Source of the DNA: Octopus sinensis
Taxonomy: Eukaryota
DNA length: 64,000 nucleotides
Assembly: GCF_006345805.1 (NCBI RefSeq)
Contig: NC_042998.1
Span: 20,150,001 to 20,214,000, forward strand
Direction of reading: 5' to 3'
Below, in pieces: positions 1 through 13,349 of this stretch (positions are counted from its first letter, which is position 1; the number at the start of each line of letters is the position of its first letter). A program made the position numbers and the translations under genes. The notes below the pieces were generated by a model. It was not told the DNA's origin, did no database searches, and saw only the letters and a list, made by a program, of their open reading frames with translations.

Positions 1-126
1 TATGGACAACACTAAGTTTTGGCAGTTCTATAATACAATCACTAATGTATATGTCCATACGAATATGTGTGTGTATGTGTGTGTGTGTGTGAAAAATATT
101 TATTTCTTGTTATATATATTTTTACA

Positions 127-162
<36 letters not shown>

Positions 163-700
163 TTATTATTATTATTATTATCGTCATCATCACCAGAACC
201 ATCATGGTGAACATTATTAGTATTACTAACATTTCGAAGTATTCCTAGTATTAACATGAAAACATGCAGTCTTACAGCCATCCAAGTATTTCCTTCGCTA
301 ATAGGATTATACATAAATTTGGCAGATAATTCTTTTAATGCAACCAATAAATAAGAAGCGTGCGTGCGTGTTCGGGTCTGTATGCGAAGCTGGGGTTCGA
401 ATCGTCAAGGGAGCAATATATTTCTAATGTGCTGTCGTTTACCATATAAATAAATAAGCCGAAATAAAGCAATAATATGAATGAATGCTCAGAGGCACAC
501 AAGCATTTATATATTTCTAGGTGTGTTGCGAGGGGTAGGAGAAGTGTGTCCGTGTGTGTGTAAATAAGTATAGATATATGTGCGTATATGCGCGTGCGGT
601 GTATGTATATATATATATGTATTTCTATATATATATATATATTATATATATATTACATACACACACACTATATAATATATTATATCTAAGTTATTCTAAG

Positions 701-744
<44 letters not shown>

Positions 745-770
745 GAGAGAGAGAGAGAGAGAGAGAGGAC

Positions 771-806
<36 letters not shown>

Positions 807-1112
807 ATTGAGTTGTATGTGTATTCATATGGGTGTGGGAGTGTGGGTTTGTGAGAGTGTGAATGTGTGTGAGTGTGGACGTGTGGATGTGCATGTATGT
901 GTACGTATCCATGCATACATACAAATATATATATATATTCATATATACACATATGCATGTATGATGGTGTGTGCAGGCATGTGTGGGAGTGTGGGTCTGG
1001 GTGAGTCTCTGTCAATGTGTGCAAGTAGTTATGTATATATATATATACACATACATGAATATATATTGATATGTATATATATATGTGTGTGTGTGTGTAT
1101 GCATATATATGA

Positions 1113-1145
<33 letters not shown>

Positions 1146-1188
1146 CATATATATATATATATGCATATATGTATATATTTATAGCATA

Positions 1189-3475
1189 AACTTAGAATAA
1201 CTTAGAAAGGTTTGGGCCAGTATTGGCCCAGGCCATGTCTAACTTAATAGCACCACCTGGTGAAGTCTTTCAGTTCATGATTTGGGCACCAAGGCCCATT
1301 CGAGCAGAGAGTTATTGTTTGCGGAGACATATCCGGGTGTGGGTGGTTTGTCCGGTACTGTTTGAAGGAATTTGTCCAAAAACTTCTTGAATTTTGTGTG
1401 GTCAGTTTCTTTTTTGACGTGCCCTGGTGTAATGTTGAAGAGAGCAGGTCCAATTGAGGTGAAATAGTTGTGCCGTATTGTCGTTATGTGATGCGATTAG
1501 ATAGATTTTGTTGTGGACGGATGGCACGTGGTCCAAGCCTTGGATGCATTTTGAAGGTGATGCCAACATCATTCGGACAGTGCTGGTGGAATATTTTCCA
1601 CATCATACAGATAATGTAGCGTTCACGGCGTCGTTGGAGTGAATACAATTTCAGCTTCTCTAGTCTACCCCAGTAGTCAAGGTCTGACATGCCATCTATC
1701 TTTTTTGTGATTGACCTTTGGGGAGCTTCAATTCTCATAATATTTTGTTTTGTGTAGGGAGACCACAGTGGACAGCAGTATTCAAGGTGGGGTCGGGCAA
1801 AAGTGGAGAAGAGAAGGATAATAGCGTGGGAAACTCTCGACTGGAAGGTTCTGAGAATCCAGGAACACATTCTGCGGGCCATGTCAACTTTGCTGCTTAT
1901 ATGTGTAGCCCAGCTTATGTTGCTGTCCACTGTTACTCCCAGGTCTCTGATGTTGTTGGATGCCATGAGAATTTCTCCAGAAGGAAGAGAGTATGGGAGT
2001 TTCAGAGCGTCCTCCCTTCCAAAGTGGATCAGTTCAAATTTGTCTTCATTTAGCAACATGTTATTCTTTTCCGCCCATTGGACAACAGCCAGTAGGTCTG
2101 ACTGAAGGTTTATTCGGTCATCCACGCCATTGATGACCTTCTGGAGCTTGGAGTCATCAGCGAAGGTTCTGATGTTACTGTGTTTGATGGTATCAGTAAT
2201 ATCATTTATGTAGATGATGAAGAGAAGTGGGCCCAACACAGTGCCTTGTGGGACACCACTGCTGACTTTGGCTGGGCTGGATTTGACTCCTTCGACTACA
2301 ACATGTTGGGTTCTGTTAGACAGGAATCACTTGATCCACTGCAGCAACTTTCCAGTGACACCAATATTGGACAGCTTTCTCAGAAGGATCTTATGATCAA
2401 CCCTGTCAAAGGCCTTGCTGAAATCAAGGTAGATGACATCAGTGTTGGAACCTTCTCCCAAGGCTCTCAAAATGTCATCAAAATGATGCAGTAGCTGCGT
2501 CAGGCAATCTCTCCCATTACGGAATCCATGCTGGTTGGGGTTCAGCATATTATGCCTCTCAAGGAAGTGAGTCATACGCGATCTCAGCACCCTCTCAAAT
2601 ACCTTGATGATATGAGAGGTGAGTGAGATTGGACGGTAATTCACGGCAAGCGATTTGTTTCCTTTTTTGAAAACTGGGACAACAGACTGGGATAGAAGGT
2701 CCTCTGGTATATATCCAGCATCCAGTGAGTTCCGCCACAGATTGGCTAGAGGGGGTGCGAGTTGGTTTTGACACATCTTCAAGACACAAGCAGGGACCTA
2801 TCGGGACCTACTGCTGAATTATGCTTCATTTCCTTTATTGCTGCTAAGACATCAGGAGCGCCAAATGTTATGTCCGATAAAGTGTATTGGGGAGTAACAT
2901 CACTGATACAGCCCAGATCAGTCATACAGGAGTGATTGTGAAAACAGAGCAATATTGTTTCTGCAATATCTCTCCCATGGTTTTGGCATTGTCTTGAAGA
3001 GTACCATTTTCATCAATCAGAGGGCCAACAGTAGAACCAGTGACTCTGTGTTTTTTTGCAAATGAAAAGAACACTTTGGGATTGAGTTTGATCTTCTCAA
3101 TGGCCCAGGCCTCTTCAGCTCTTCGCTGACTATTGATGATAGACATCATGTTGTTTTGGAGTTTATGTTTTTAATCTCTAGCGACGAGATGGCAGTCAGG
3201 TTGGTGTGTTGCTGTTGACAGTATTTCAGCATGCTGATCTTTTTGTTGATTCTTTTAATTTTCCTTATGAGAGATTTTCTATTTCTAGGGATTCGACACT
3301 TAGATTTGTTTGCAGATCTTAATGGGGTGTGTCTTGCACATATGTTCGTGATGATGTCTACAAGTGACTGCCAGGACTTTTTAATGTTAGTGGGTGTGTA
3401 TGTGTGCGTGAAGGACCAATCAACTTGTGCAAGATCATTATTGATCGCTTCCCAGTTTGCATTGTGGAAATCCAT
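1189..3475 (-). mobile_element. 5'-truncated CR1/L2-group non-LTR retrotransposon
   Basis: RT motifs VIYLDFSKAFDRVDH, PQGTVLGPLLF and FADD. The 3' UTR ends in a hairpin TGGGCCA-gtat-TGGCCCA (1213-1230) and a tandem TTCTAAGTTA tail. Frameshifts occur upstream of 2782. Confidence 0.9.
1484..2782 (-). pseudogene. reverse transcriptase pseudo-ORF of the CR1/L2-group LINE
   Basis: ORFs 2327-2782 and 1484-2239 are in one frame, joined through a single TGA (QWIK*FLSNRTQHVVVEGVKSSPAKVSSGVPQGTVLGPL). Confidence 0.9.
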
Positions 3476-4074
3476 ATATATATATCTATACATATATATC
3501 TATATATATATATATGCATATATGTATATATATGTATATATATATGCATATATTTTATGTGTGTGTGCGTGCGTATGTGGGAATGAGGGTGTGTGATTGC
3601 GACAGTGCTTGTGTGTGTGTGTGTGTGTATGGGTGTGTATGTGTTGATGTGTGTATAGAATAAACTGAAGAGCTGAGGTTAAACCAAAATAACTTGGAAT
3701 TCGAGAGATGTGTTAAAGACACACGGGGTGGAGTTTAAAAGATGGCTGGGAAAATAATCACAGCTAAGTGAACTGACGATAGTGCAATGGACAGACAGAC
3801 ATACATGTACACATGTATATAAGGACACATGGATGTGTGGGTGCGAGTGTATATATCAAGCATGTTTTATATATGTATTAATGCGCGTATGTATATATTA
3901 CACACATATATACTTACATGCACAGATACAGACTCATAAATGTATATACATATATGTATATATATATATATATATATATGGCATCAGATGCGTTTATGCA
4001 TTTATATCGCTTATATTCCCTCAATATATATACAATATATACAATATATATACAAAATGCGACAAGAACGCAAA

Positions 4075-4285
4075 ATATCCGGTCAACTAGGTGATACAAG
4101 AAAGGGAAACAAAACATCCATCCAGATAGACGATACAAAGAAAACAAGGGCGGGTCATTCGAAGTTTTCTATCTTCAGTCAAGAACCGGATTATCCTCGC
4201 AGTTTCGGCTGATTATTCTTGAGATTGCTCCAACCTGGCCAGCCCCAAGGAAAAACTAAGCTAAGAGCATTAGATTCCTTGGTAC
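4075..4285. repeat. dispersed repeat, reverse-complement homologue of the start of the 43478-45275 tandem unit
   Basis: Shares CTTGAGATTGCTCC..TGGCCAG..CAAGG, CAGTCAAGAACC and TTCGAAG segments with 6295-6525 and, inverted, with 43520-43690. Confidence 0.75.
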
Positions 4286-4317
4286 GTACACTTTTATCTC
4301 TTATATGTAAGTACACA

Positions 4318-4412
<95 letters not shown>

Positions 4413-4429
4413 ATATTCTTATCCATATA

Positions 4430-4850
4430 TATTAATCGCCCCACCGTCACAGATGATTGCCGTCTCTGAGTTTTGTTGTCAATGGCATTTCTGATTGTCT
4501 CTCCCTGACCTTTCTATCTATTATTAAATCTCACTACAGACCGGCATGATTTGAAGCATAGGTGAAAGACCAAAGTTGCAACTTCCACAGGGTTTGGTAG
4601 ATAACTCTGCGAGATATGATCCCTGTGAACGGCCATATTTCTCCTCGGGCAGGGAATTGACTAGCAAGCACTTTCTCAGGATGCACATCGAATTACTCGG
4701 TCTAGGAGTAAGAACGTTGTATAAAGTTCATCTTACATGGGACTTCAGATGGTTGACATACGCAGCCTTAGAAAAACGTACTCGATCAGACCTTTCACGC
4801 CTCTAACATTTTCTGTTCTCAGTGAGGTTCTGATAACAGCCACTCTGAAG
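4430..4850 (-). mobile_element. RTE-clade LINE 3' fragment
   Basis: The minus strand encodes SDRVRFSKAAYVNHLKSHVR*, a decayed C-terminal zinc-finger-like motif, followed by a UTR ending in CTCAGAGACGGC. Confidence 0.55.
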
Positions 4851-4920
4851 ACAAAAATTAAGGTTTTTATGCTCTAAGCAACCCCTTCACGTTTTACAAC
4901 CCACTCTAAACGCTTCTCCA

Positions 4921-5470
4921 CTATCATCATCATTGTTCGACCGTGGTCGAGACAATGGAATTTACCATGCTACGCCAGACTTCACGGTCCATCATAGCAT
5001 TACGGAGGTCCTGTTGCTGGATGCCTGTATCCCTGGAGATTACATCAGGGTAGGAGAGTGTGCACCCTCTGGTATTGCGAGTAGATGGCTTCCAGAGAAG
5101 AAGAGTAGAAATTGCCTCGTTTTTAGCTCTACAACAATGTCCAGCAAACTGGACTCTCCTACCTTTCACAAGAGATGACACAGGTGGTAGTTTCCCGTAT
5201 AATTGTACTCTGGTTGGATGACGCTTCCACGGGAGATTTTGAGCTCTCATAAGGAGGCGAGTGTAGGTTCCATCCACTATTCTACATTGGTTTGCAGCTC
5301 ATTCAGCTTCCCTTTATTCAGTTTTATACGAATTTTTGTACTTTATGCTGAGGATACTTTCCATTGCACTGCCCACTGTATAACAACTGCTTTGTGATCC
5401 TCTTAACTTCCATACGCGCAACATGGCCTGATCAAGGCTTATGTTTAAACAGGATGGGTGACTGTGTGCT
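4921..5470 (-). mobile_element. non-LTR retrotransposon 3' fragment (RTE-like C-terminus) with (TGA)n tail
   Basis: ORF ...RRVQFAGHCCRAKNEAISTLLLWKP...DREVWRS. The 3' hairpin TCGACC-ac-GGTCGA is followed by TGATGATGA. A second copy lies at 19715-19995. Confidence 0.75.
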
Positions 5471-6105
5471 AGTACATCGCAACTATGCCAGGGCTATATG
5501 TATATGTGTGTATGTTCGTATGTTTGCGTTCGTGTGTGTATGTGTGCGCGTGTGTGTATGTGTGTGTGTGTGTAATTATAAATATATATCTATATGCAGA
5601 GAAAGATAGACGGTGAGATAGATAGATAGATAGATAGATAGAAAAATGAATAGATAGATAGATAGATAGATAGATACATACATACATACATACATACATA
5701 CATACATACATACATACATACATACATACATACATACATACATACATACATACATACATACATAGAGAGTCAGACAGACAGACAAACATTTATATTGAAA
5801 TATAATTATATACGTCAGTGAAGGCAATTGCAGGAAAGAAAAAAACACATTACATTAAAATGTCCACCTCTGTATCATACTATATATACACAGCATGGAA
5901 AGGACTGCTGCCATATTTGTTTCTCTTCTAGACACGCTGCATTAAAACATTAACATATCTATCCAAGCGAAACGATCTACCCGGGGTTAAACAAGTAATA
6001 ACATGGAACAACCATTTTGATGTAGCGATCAACTTTATTTGTTACTATAGTTACTACTCTGATCTGTCCTTGAGATTTTATTTTGCTTGTCTATATATGT
6101 GTATG

Positions 6106-6193
<88 letters not shown>

Positions 6194-6247
6194 ATATATA
6201 AGAGAACAAAGTGTACGTAGGCCGTTATATATATATATATAATATAT

Positions 6248-6292
<45 letters not shown>

Positions 6293-6294
6293 AC

Positions 6295-6525
6295 ATACAA
6301 AATGGGTCAAGAACGCAAACATCCGGGCAACTAGATGATACAAAAAGGGACAACAAAACATCAAGACAGACGATACAAAGAGAACAAGGACGGGTCATTC
6401 GAAGCCTTCAATCTTCAGTCAAGAACCGGATCATCCTCGCAATTTCGGCTGATTAATCTTGAGATTGCTCCAATCTGGCCAGTCCCAAAGAAAAACTAAC
6501 CTAAGAGCATTAGATTCCTTGGTAC
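6295..6525. repeat. dispersed repeat, same family as 4075-4285
   Basis: Direct similarity to 4075-4285; flanked by TA/CATA microsatellites. Confidence 0.75.
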
Positions 6526-7069
6526 GAACACATACACACACAAACATACATACATACATACATACATACATACATACATACATACATACATACATACATA
6601 CATACATACATACATACATACATGTGACGAACTTCTTTCTGTTTCCATCAACTACATCCACTCGCAAGCGCTTGATCGGCCTACGCCGTGGGACTGAACC
6701 AAGAACCATGGGCTGAATAAAGATCGTGTAAATTTTATTGTTCTCAGTCCAGAAAATCATGATTTATTGTGTGTATGTGTGTGTGTGTATCTGTGTGTGC
6801 GTGGTTGGGCCGTATATGTGTGTCTACATATGTGTGTGTGCCTTTCTGTGTCTTTGTGTGCATGTGTTTCTTTGTGCATGTGAGTATTTTTGTGCGCTGT
6901 GCATGCATATGTGTGCGTACTGCTTTTCATTTATCCATTATGCTCGTGTGTATATGTGTGAGTCCGTCCCTAAACCTGTGTACGAGCGCGCACTTGTGCG
7001 TGAGTCTGCGAGGAAGGACATTATATGCACTAGTCAACTTTAGCTGGTTTTTATTGGACTCAAATTTCA

Positions 7070-7420
7070 GTGATCAGTGACAACGGATTTTCAGAATAAA
7101 GTGAGCTGTAGAATTTAGTGGTCTGTGCAATGTGATCTATGGACGTGATATGTTCAGTGACCCAGAGATTTATGTCATTTATGATAGCAGAACCTAGAAA
7201 TGCGTGCAATCTGATCCTTAGTATCTTAGTGATCTCTGCTTAGTATAAAGAAGAAATAAATAATATGTGGTGTGTAGTTTTAAGTGACCTGTACAATTAA
7301 GTGATTTGTGCACAGTGATCTTTAGTATGAAGTTGTATACGCTAAATGATCTGAAGAATTAAGTAAAGTGATCGGTGCTTATTGATGTTTAGCGTTAAGT
7401 GATCCATGAGCAGAACTCTG
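7070..7420. repeat. degenerate minisatellite with (A)GTGA(T/C)C(T) core
   Basis: More than a dozen AGTGATC/AGTGACC-like words at irregular spacing. Confidence 0.45.
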
Positions 7421-7679
7421 TTCAGTTTGTTATATAAAATTTTGTAATTTCTGCATAAACACAAAGTTAATTAATGTTTTTCTCCCCGAGTACAAAATCT
7501 CAAAGGATTTCTCATTTTCTTTCGAATTCGTTGCTGTGCATGGATGAGAAATAGCAATCCGCCTGAGACCGCCTCTGGTTTAATGCTATTCCTGTTTGTG
7601 ATTCAAAATGATTTGAATCAACACTTCCCCTCAGAATTTCATATAAAATACGTTTCCAAACACAGGCATAATAACTCTT

Positions 7680-8110
7680 TCTACTATATACGAAATAGGC
7701 AGAGAGTCGATTTCATTTTACCCGAGTACTCACCTAGTACATCTTTTATCGACCCCTGAAAAGATGAAAAGCAGAGTTGACGTCGGTGGGATTTGAACTC
7801 AAATCGTAAAGCCGGATAAAAGCCACTAAGCATTTTGCACGGTGCGATGACAACAATTCCGCTAGCTCGCTGCTAGAACATCACCTTAATAATGGTATCT
7901 ACTATAGACACAAGGACTAAAATTTGTGGTGTGGAGTCTAATCGATTACATTGAACCCAGTGCTCAACTGGTGCTTATTTCATCGACCCCCCCAAAAGGG
8001 TGAAAGGTACAGCTGATGTCGGCGGAATTTGAACTGAGATTGTAAAGCTGGAGAAATGTCGCTAAGCATTTTGCACGGCACAGTAAATAATCAGCCAGCT
8101 CACCGCCTGA
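7680..8110 (-). mobile_element. two adjacent decayed family-A-head SINEs (tail type B)
   Basis: Reverse complements of GAGTTCAAAT (B box), GGGGTCGAT and TAAGTACCAG modules occur twice. Confidence 0.7.
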
Positions 8111-8341
8111 ACACCAGCATAAGCTATTTTAATAAACTCTTCATTATTTTCAGAAATACTCGAAACAGATGCAGCATATTTCAACAGAAATATATTAATA
8201 AAAGTGATAGCAAGAGTAGTATTGATGCGGTACTACTTGGCTTGCAGACCAAACCTGTATTTTTCCAGTGGGAAAATATTGCCTATGACAGACTAGCGAC
8301 CAAACCAGGAAAGTATTTATCCGTCATCCGTTCATTTAAAC

Positions 8342-8698
8342 CAGTGCTTCTAAACCGGAGACTATATGACCTCGGAGGGTCACTATAAGAATTTTAGGGA
8401 TCGACGTATCAAAATAGTAAACCGAGATCCACGATAGTACTTTAAGGGCCTCTGAAAAAATTTGGATTTAGATGTATATAGGTATTGATATTTATTGCAA
8501 GAACCAATTTGGATTATGTCTCTAACATTTTACATAGTTCAGCCTACACAAGTGAATGTGTGAGAAGCAGTATAGGAATTTCGAAAGAAGTATCTATAGA
8601 ACTAGTTTTTAAACATCAAATGACTATGGGGGGAGGGTCCACCAGAATAAAATAGTAGTCGAGGGAGCCCGTGGATAAAAAAATATTGAGAAACCCTG
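8342..8698. mobile_element. hAT (Charlie-like) MITE
   Basis: Imperfect TIRs CAGTGCTTCTAAAC / ATTGAGAAACCCTG. The 8-bp TSD is ATTTAAAC (8334-8341) / ACTTAAAC (8699-8706). Confidence 0.8.
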
Positions 8699-11202
8699 AC
8701 TTAAACGAAAAGAAGAACTGGAGTTGTGCTTTGTCATATGGATTATTAGGGTCGTTGAAATGATTTGCTTCTTTAGAAAAGTCAATATTGTGATGGTGAT
8801 AATATTGCTGTTGGGGGAGGAGTAGTGGTGACGGTGGGGGTACTGGGGGCTGTGGTGATCAAGATTCTTGTTTTTTTTGGTAGTTTTGTTGATAAAGGTG
8901 GTAATTGTCACTTTGGTTCTGGTGACAACAATTCTATTAGCGGTGGTGGGTTTGTAATGGAAATGCTGATATTGAGGGCGGCAGCGGCGGCGGCGGTGGG
9001 GGTGGTGTTGGTGGTGGTTATGGTGGTGGTAATGCTGGAGGTTTTGCTAGTGATATTGGTTTTCGTGTTTATGGGGCGGTGGTAGAAGTGGTTTAGGTAG
9101 TGGTAATGGTAGTGCTTGCGGGTGGCGGTGTTTTGGCGGTAGTAGTAATGGTGGGTTATAAATAACGGTGCTGACGCAAGCAATGAAAGTTAATAGCAAA
9201 GATGGCTTTGTTCACACTGGATCGCTTAATGGTATGCAACTTTCATAAAATTATCGCACACACACACACTCGTGCACGTGCACACACACAATCACACACA
9301 ACACACACACACACAGAAACACTTACACACAAGCAAACACATACACGAACACACGCTTCACACACACACACACACATAGATATATACTCAAGTTTACATG
9401 TATCACGCATATTTATACACATACAAATACAGGCTTAATTATCTTCCACATATTCGCTTTTGCGTTCTCTGATATTTCTTTATGGCAATAATCACTAAAA
9501 CAGAGAGACAGAGAGAGAATAAGAGAGAGAGAGCGAGAGTGAAAGAAAGGCTTTTTCACGCTCTCATGCATATACATTCTACTCCAATCTGTTATCCACT
9601 CTCTTTATTTGTGTCACTTATTTCCTTCCATACGTACAACAAGCTTCATACACGCACATACGCATTCATGTACACACGTGTACAGCCATTCATCTATACA
9701 TCACATAAACGAACAAACACATATAATATGCAGACACATAGGCCGACGTTCACATACACGACAAACACCTACACACGGTCGCTGACACATATTCCATACA
9801 CACACACACCTATTTCTAATGTTGATCAATAATCGATGACGTTTGAAGTGGGAAGAACACCATAGAAACTAGTCTAATAGCGATAGTTCTTCATAACAAT
9901 AACCATAGGAGATGGCTTTATGTGGAAATGCTGCCGTTCTCTCAAATGATGACAGCAGTATTGGTCTGGCATCACCTTGTTCAACCGAGAAGAATTCAAT
10001 GGCGTATAATAAATATAACACGAGAACAATGTCTTATTGTTGTAAACATGTAAACACAATGCCGGCAGAATAACTCACTTGTTATGAGCAAACGAATTGG
10101 TACGGTATCAAAGTTAATCCTATCTACACGGTGGATAGGAAAATGAAAAAGTAAATTGGAAGATACTGGTTCGCACATATTGAGTTAGCAACACCACATC
10201 GTGCCAGTAGTCAACACAAACCCTTACTATAGAGTCTCATGTGTGTAATATGCTGTATAGAAAACGTTAGATTAACTAGTGTTAGCCATGCAAAACGTCC
10301 CTTAAATGTGTTTAATATCTAGAAGAAATAGCAAGGGGAGATCATTCTTATAATATCAATCAAAATGTTTGGAAAATATAGAAGATGCAGATAAAAAGCC
10401 AACTGGAGTAAGCAATGGACATGCTTTTATCTTGTTTGATTTCTTCATAAAAGTATTTACTACACAACTAACAAGGGAGAAGTGTGACCAGTATGTATAG
10501 AGACAGAGAGAATTTAGTGTCTCTGATTATGACTATCATCATACTTGTCGTTTACCTCCAGCTTGGCTATAACAGGGAATACTTCTGTTCAAAGGCCTTC
10601 TTTCTATGTGTATCTTATCACTTCACTCTTGCATAGCATATCTGGGATTGGATTATAAAACAGGCCCGACCCTTTCCAAGACTACATAGTGTAAATTGAG
10701 GGAGATGTGACTGCTACGTGTATTAGAGAGATTGTCTACTCAGAAGATGCTTCCTTTCATCTGAAAATGGAAGACTTAATTGGAAATATAAATGTGTGTG
10801 CTTCTACGAGGTTGCTCGATCTGCGATGAATATCTGTAAATCTTTCAAATAATATCCTTACTGTATTTTATGAAAAAGGAAGAATATGATGTATTGAAGG
10901 ACTTTAGAATGCAATTAGAAATCTAAAGATTCTGGAAGCAAAAATTACATTGGGATATGTTTGAAGGGTCTGATTCAGATGAAATCTGTGACACTGAAGA
11001 GGATCTATCAACCTCATAGAGATTCTAGCACATCGGCAACATCAGGTGGTAGCGGAGGACAGGATGCATGCATGCCACAAGAATAGAAACACCAATCAGC
11101 GCAAGGCTTTCTACCCAATAAAAGCAGAAAAGGACAGCTGAAAGAAATGCAGTACTACCAACGACGCTACATCACCAATAGTGACGACAGCAGCAGCAGC
11201 AG

Positions 11203-11560
11203 TGGAGGCGTAATGGCCCAGTGGTTAGGGCAGCGGACTCGCGGTCGGAGGATCGCGGTTTCGATTCCCAGACCGGGCGTTGTGTATGTTTATTTAGCGA
11301 AAGCACCTAAAGCTCCATGAGGCTCCGACAGGGGGTGGTGGCGACCCATGTTGTACTCTTTCGCTCCAACTTTCTCTCACTCTTTCTTCCTGTTTCTTGT
11401 CCCCGACTTCCTACGCAACTGCTGAGCCTTGATGCGCATTCATCCATCCGTCGATGCTCTCGGTGTCGGAGGTTGACCTGCTTTATCTTCTTCTGGTCTT
11501 ACGAATAGCAAAGGACCACGTTTCGGGCTTCTCCCACTGGGAGGAAGACCACTTCGCTCA
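11203..11560 (+). mobile_element. tRNA-derived SINE family D
   Basis: Head GGCGTAATGGCCCAGTGGTTAGGGCAGCGG...GGTTTCGATTCCC with A and B boxes; (CAAA)n tail. Confidence 0.8.
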
Positions 11561-11675
11561 ACAAACAAACAAACAAGCAGCAGCAGCAGCAACTGTAGCA
11601 GCAATAGCGTACAACCGCAGCAAGAATGGAAGCTTGAATTACGATATCAACAATAGAAATTGCAGCAACAGTAAT

Positions 11676-11835
11676 GGAGGCGCAATGGCCCGGTGGTTAG
11701 GGCAGTGCACTCGTGGTCGTAAGAACGCGGTTTCGATTCCCAGACCGGGCATTGTGAGTGTTTATTGAGCAAAAACGCCTAAGCTCCACGAGGCTCCGGC
11801 GGGGGGTAGTGGTGAACCCCGCTGTACTTCCAGAC
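11676..11835 (+). mobile_element. SINE family D, 3'-truncated
   Basis: Same head as 11203. Confidence 0.75.
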
Positions 11836-12206
11836 CCTAGTCTAGATTGCGAATCCTCTGTACCCCAGGATGGTTCAGCTCTCCACCCGTTAAAAAACGC
11901 CACCGTTTACGGAATGAGTATAACAACGCAGCTTTCGCACCCGTGCAACCGCAAGTCTATGGCATGTGGTGGGTGGATCTTCAAGTTGCCACACGCACTC
12001 TTAGTAGCTTAGAGTAGGCTCGAATTAGAGATTATTCTTTGTGGCTAATGGCGTGAGTCCTGATTGGAAGGAGAAGGAGAAGAAGAAGGAGGAGAAGAAG
12101 AAGAAGAAGAAGAAGAAGGAGAAGAAGACAGCGATAGTAAACAGTAAACCTCTAAACCACAAGTAAACAAAATACATCAAGCAGCAGCCATGCCTCTCTC
12201 TCTCTT

Positions 12207-12250
<44 letters not shown>

Positions 12251-12439
12251 GGACCGGTCAGGCATGTCATGTGGCGACATTGACGAGGGATTCTTTAAAT
12301 ACTAAAAAGAACTTAAAAGAAATAAAAGTCAAAGAACATCATGTCAGCCAAAGACAAAATGGTGGTAGTTTCGAACGGACGGAAGAGATGCATTTTGAGC
12401 GAATATGCATCACCAATTTCCAAACAGTTGCAGCACCAA

Positions 12440-12796
12440 TGCTATCAACACCACCACCATCACCGTCGTCGTCGTCGTCGTCGTCATCATCATCATCGTC
12501 GTCATCATCATCGTCATCGTCATCGTCATCGTCATCATCATCATCGTCTTCATCATCATCATCGTCATCATCATCATCATCGTCGTCGTCATCATCATCG
12601 TCTTCATCATCGTCATCGTCATCATCATCATCATCATCATCGTCATCATCATCGTCGTCGTCATCATCATCATCATCGTCGTTGTCGTCGTCATCATCAT
12701 CGTCTTCATCATCGTCATCGTCATCATCATCATCATCATCATCGTCATCATCATCATCGTCATCATCATCGTCATCATCGTCATCATCATCATCAC
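12440..12796. repeat. (TCA/TCG)n trinucleotide array
   Basis: Direct reading; it produces the poly-S/D/H/I ORFs. Confidence 0.95.
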
Positions 12797-13349
12797 AACT
12801 ACATACATCACTAATATTGCTAGCACAGACGCAGCCTAATGCACGCTCACACCAACAGTTACAAAACCACATCAGGTACGAACAAAAGAAAGTCATCAAC
12901 TGAAGGGCCATAGACAGAAAGCAAAAAAAAAAATCAAAGGGTGAAGAGAGAAATGCTGCCTTCCAGCTAATTCTTTCAAAGGTGCATAAGAATGGAGAAC
13001 ATGGGAATTCTCCGCGTGCAAATTTTATAATTTTCATATTTGTTTTTTACCCATGGATTGTTTACACGTAGAACCCTGCTTTATTTTCTGCAACGTTGTT
13101 ATTGAAATAAATATTCTGATTTCTGTGTGAGCCCTAATGGCTAATAAAGAAATCCTCATTATTATCAATGTTGATGTGGTTGCTATTGTTGTTGTTGTCT
13201 TAGTAATTGTCTATTTGTCGTTAATAACATTTAGTATTAATAATTAATTCGTTAATTAAAAATGCACACTATATTCGAGAACAGTTATAATTACGCATTT
13301 TATTCGAATCAATTGTTCTTCTCTTTCTGCTGGCACAATCGTTAAAGCA

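Noticed and set aside
8825-9183. Thr/Val-rich ORFs (also 33335-33922) as mucin-like exons
   Set aside because: They derive from degenerate (GGT)n microsatellite with no splice-site support.
11203-11275. tRNA genes at the SINE heads (also 38182, 39751, 42727, 48191, 52035)
   Set aside because: A and B boxes are present, but acceptor-stem pairing is poor and each continues into a shared SINE body.
12190-13037. Long ORFs (237, 232 and 157 aa) rich in Ser, Asp or His
   Set aside because: They are translations of a (TCA/TCG)n array that is open in several frames, with no splice or domain evidence. The same applies to the ORFs at 25742-26552, 51328-51837 and 62330-63978.
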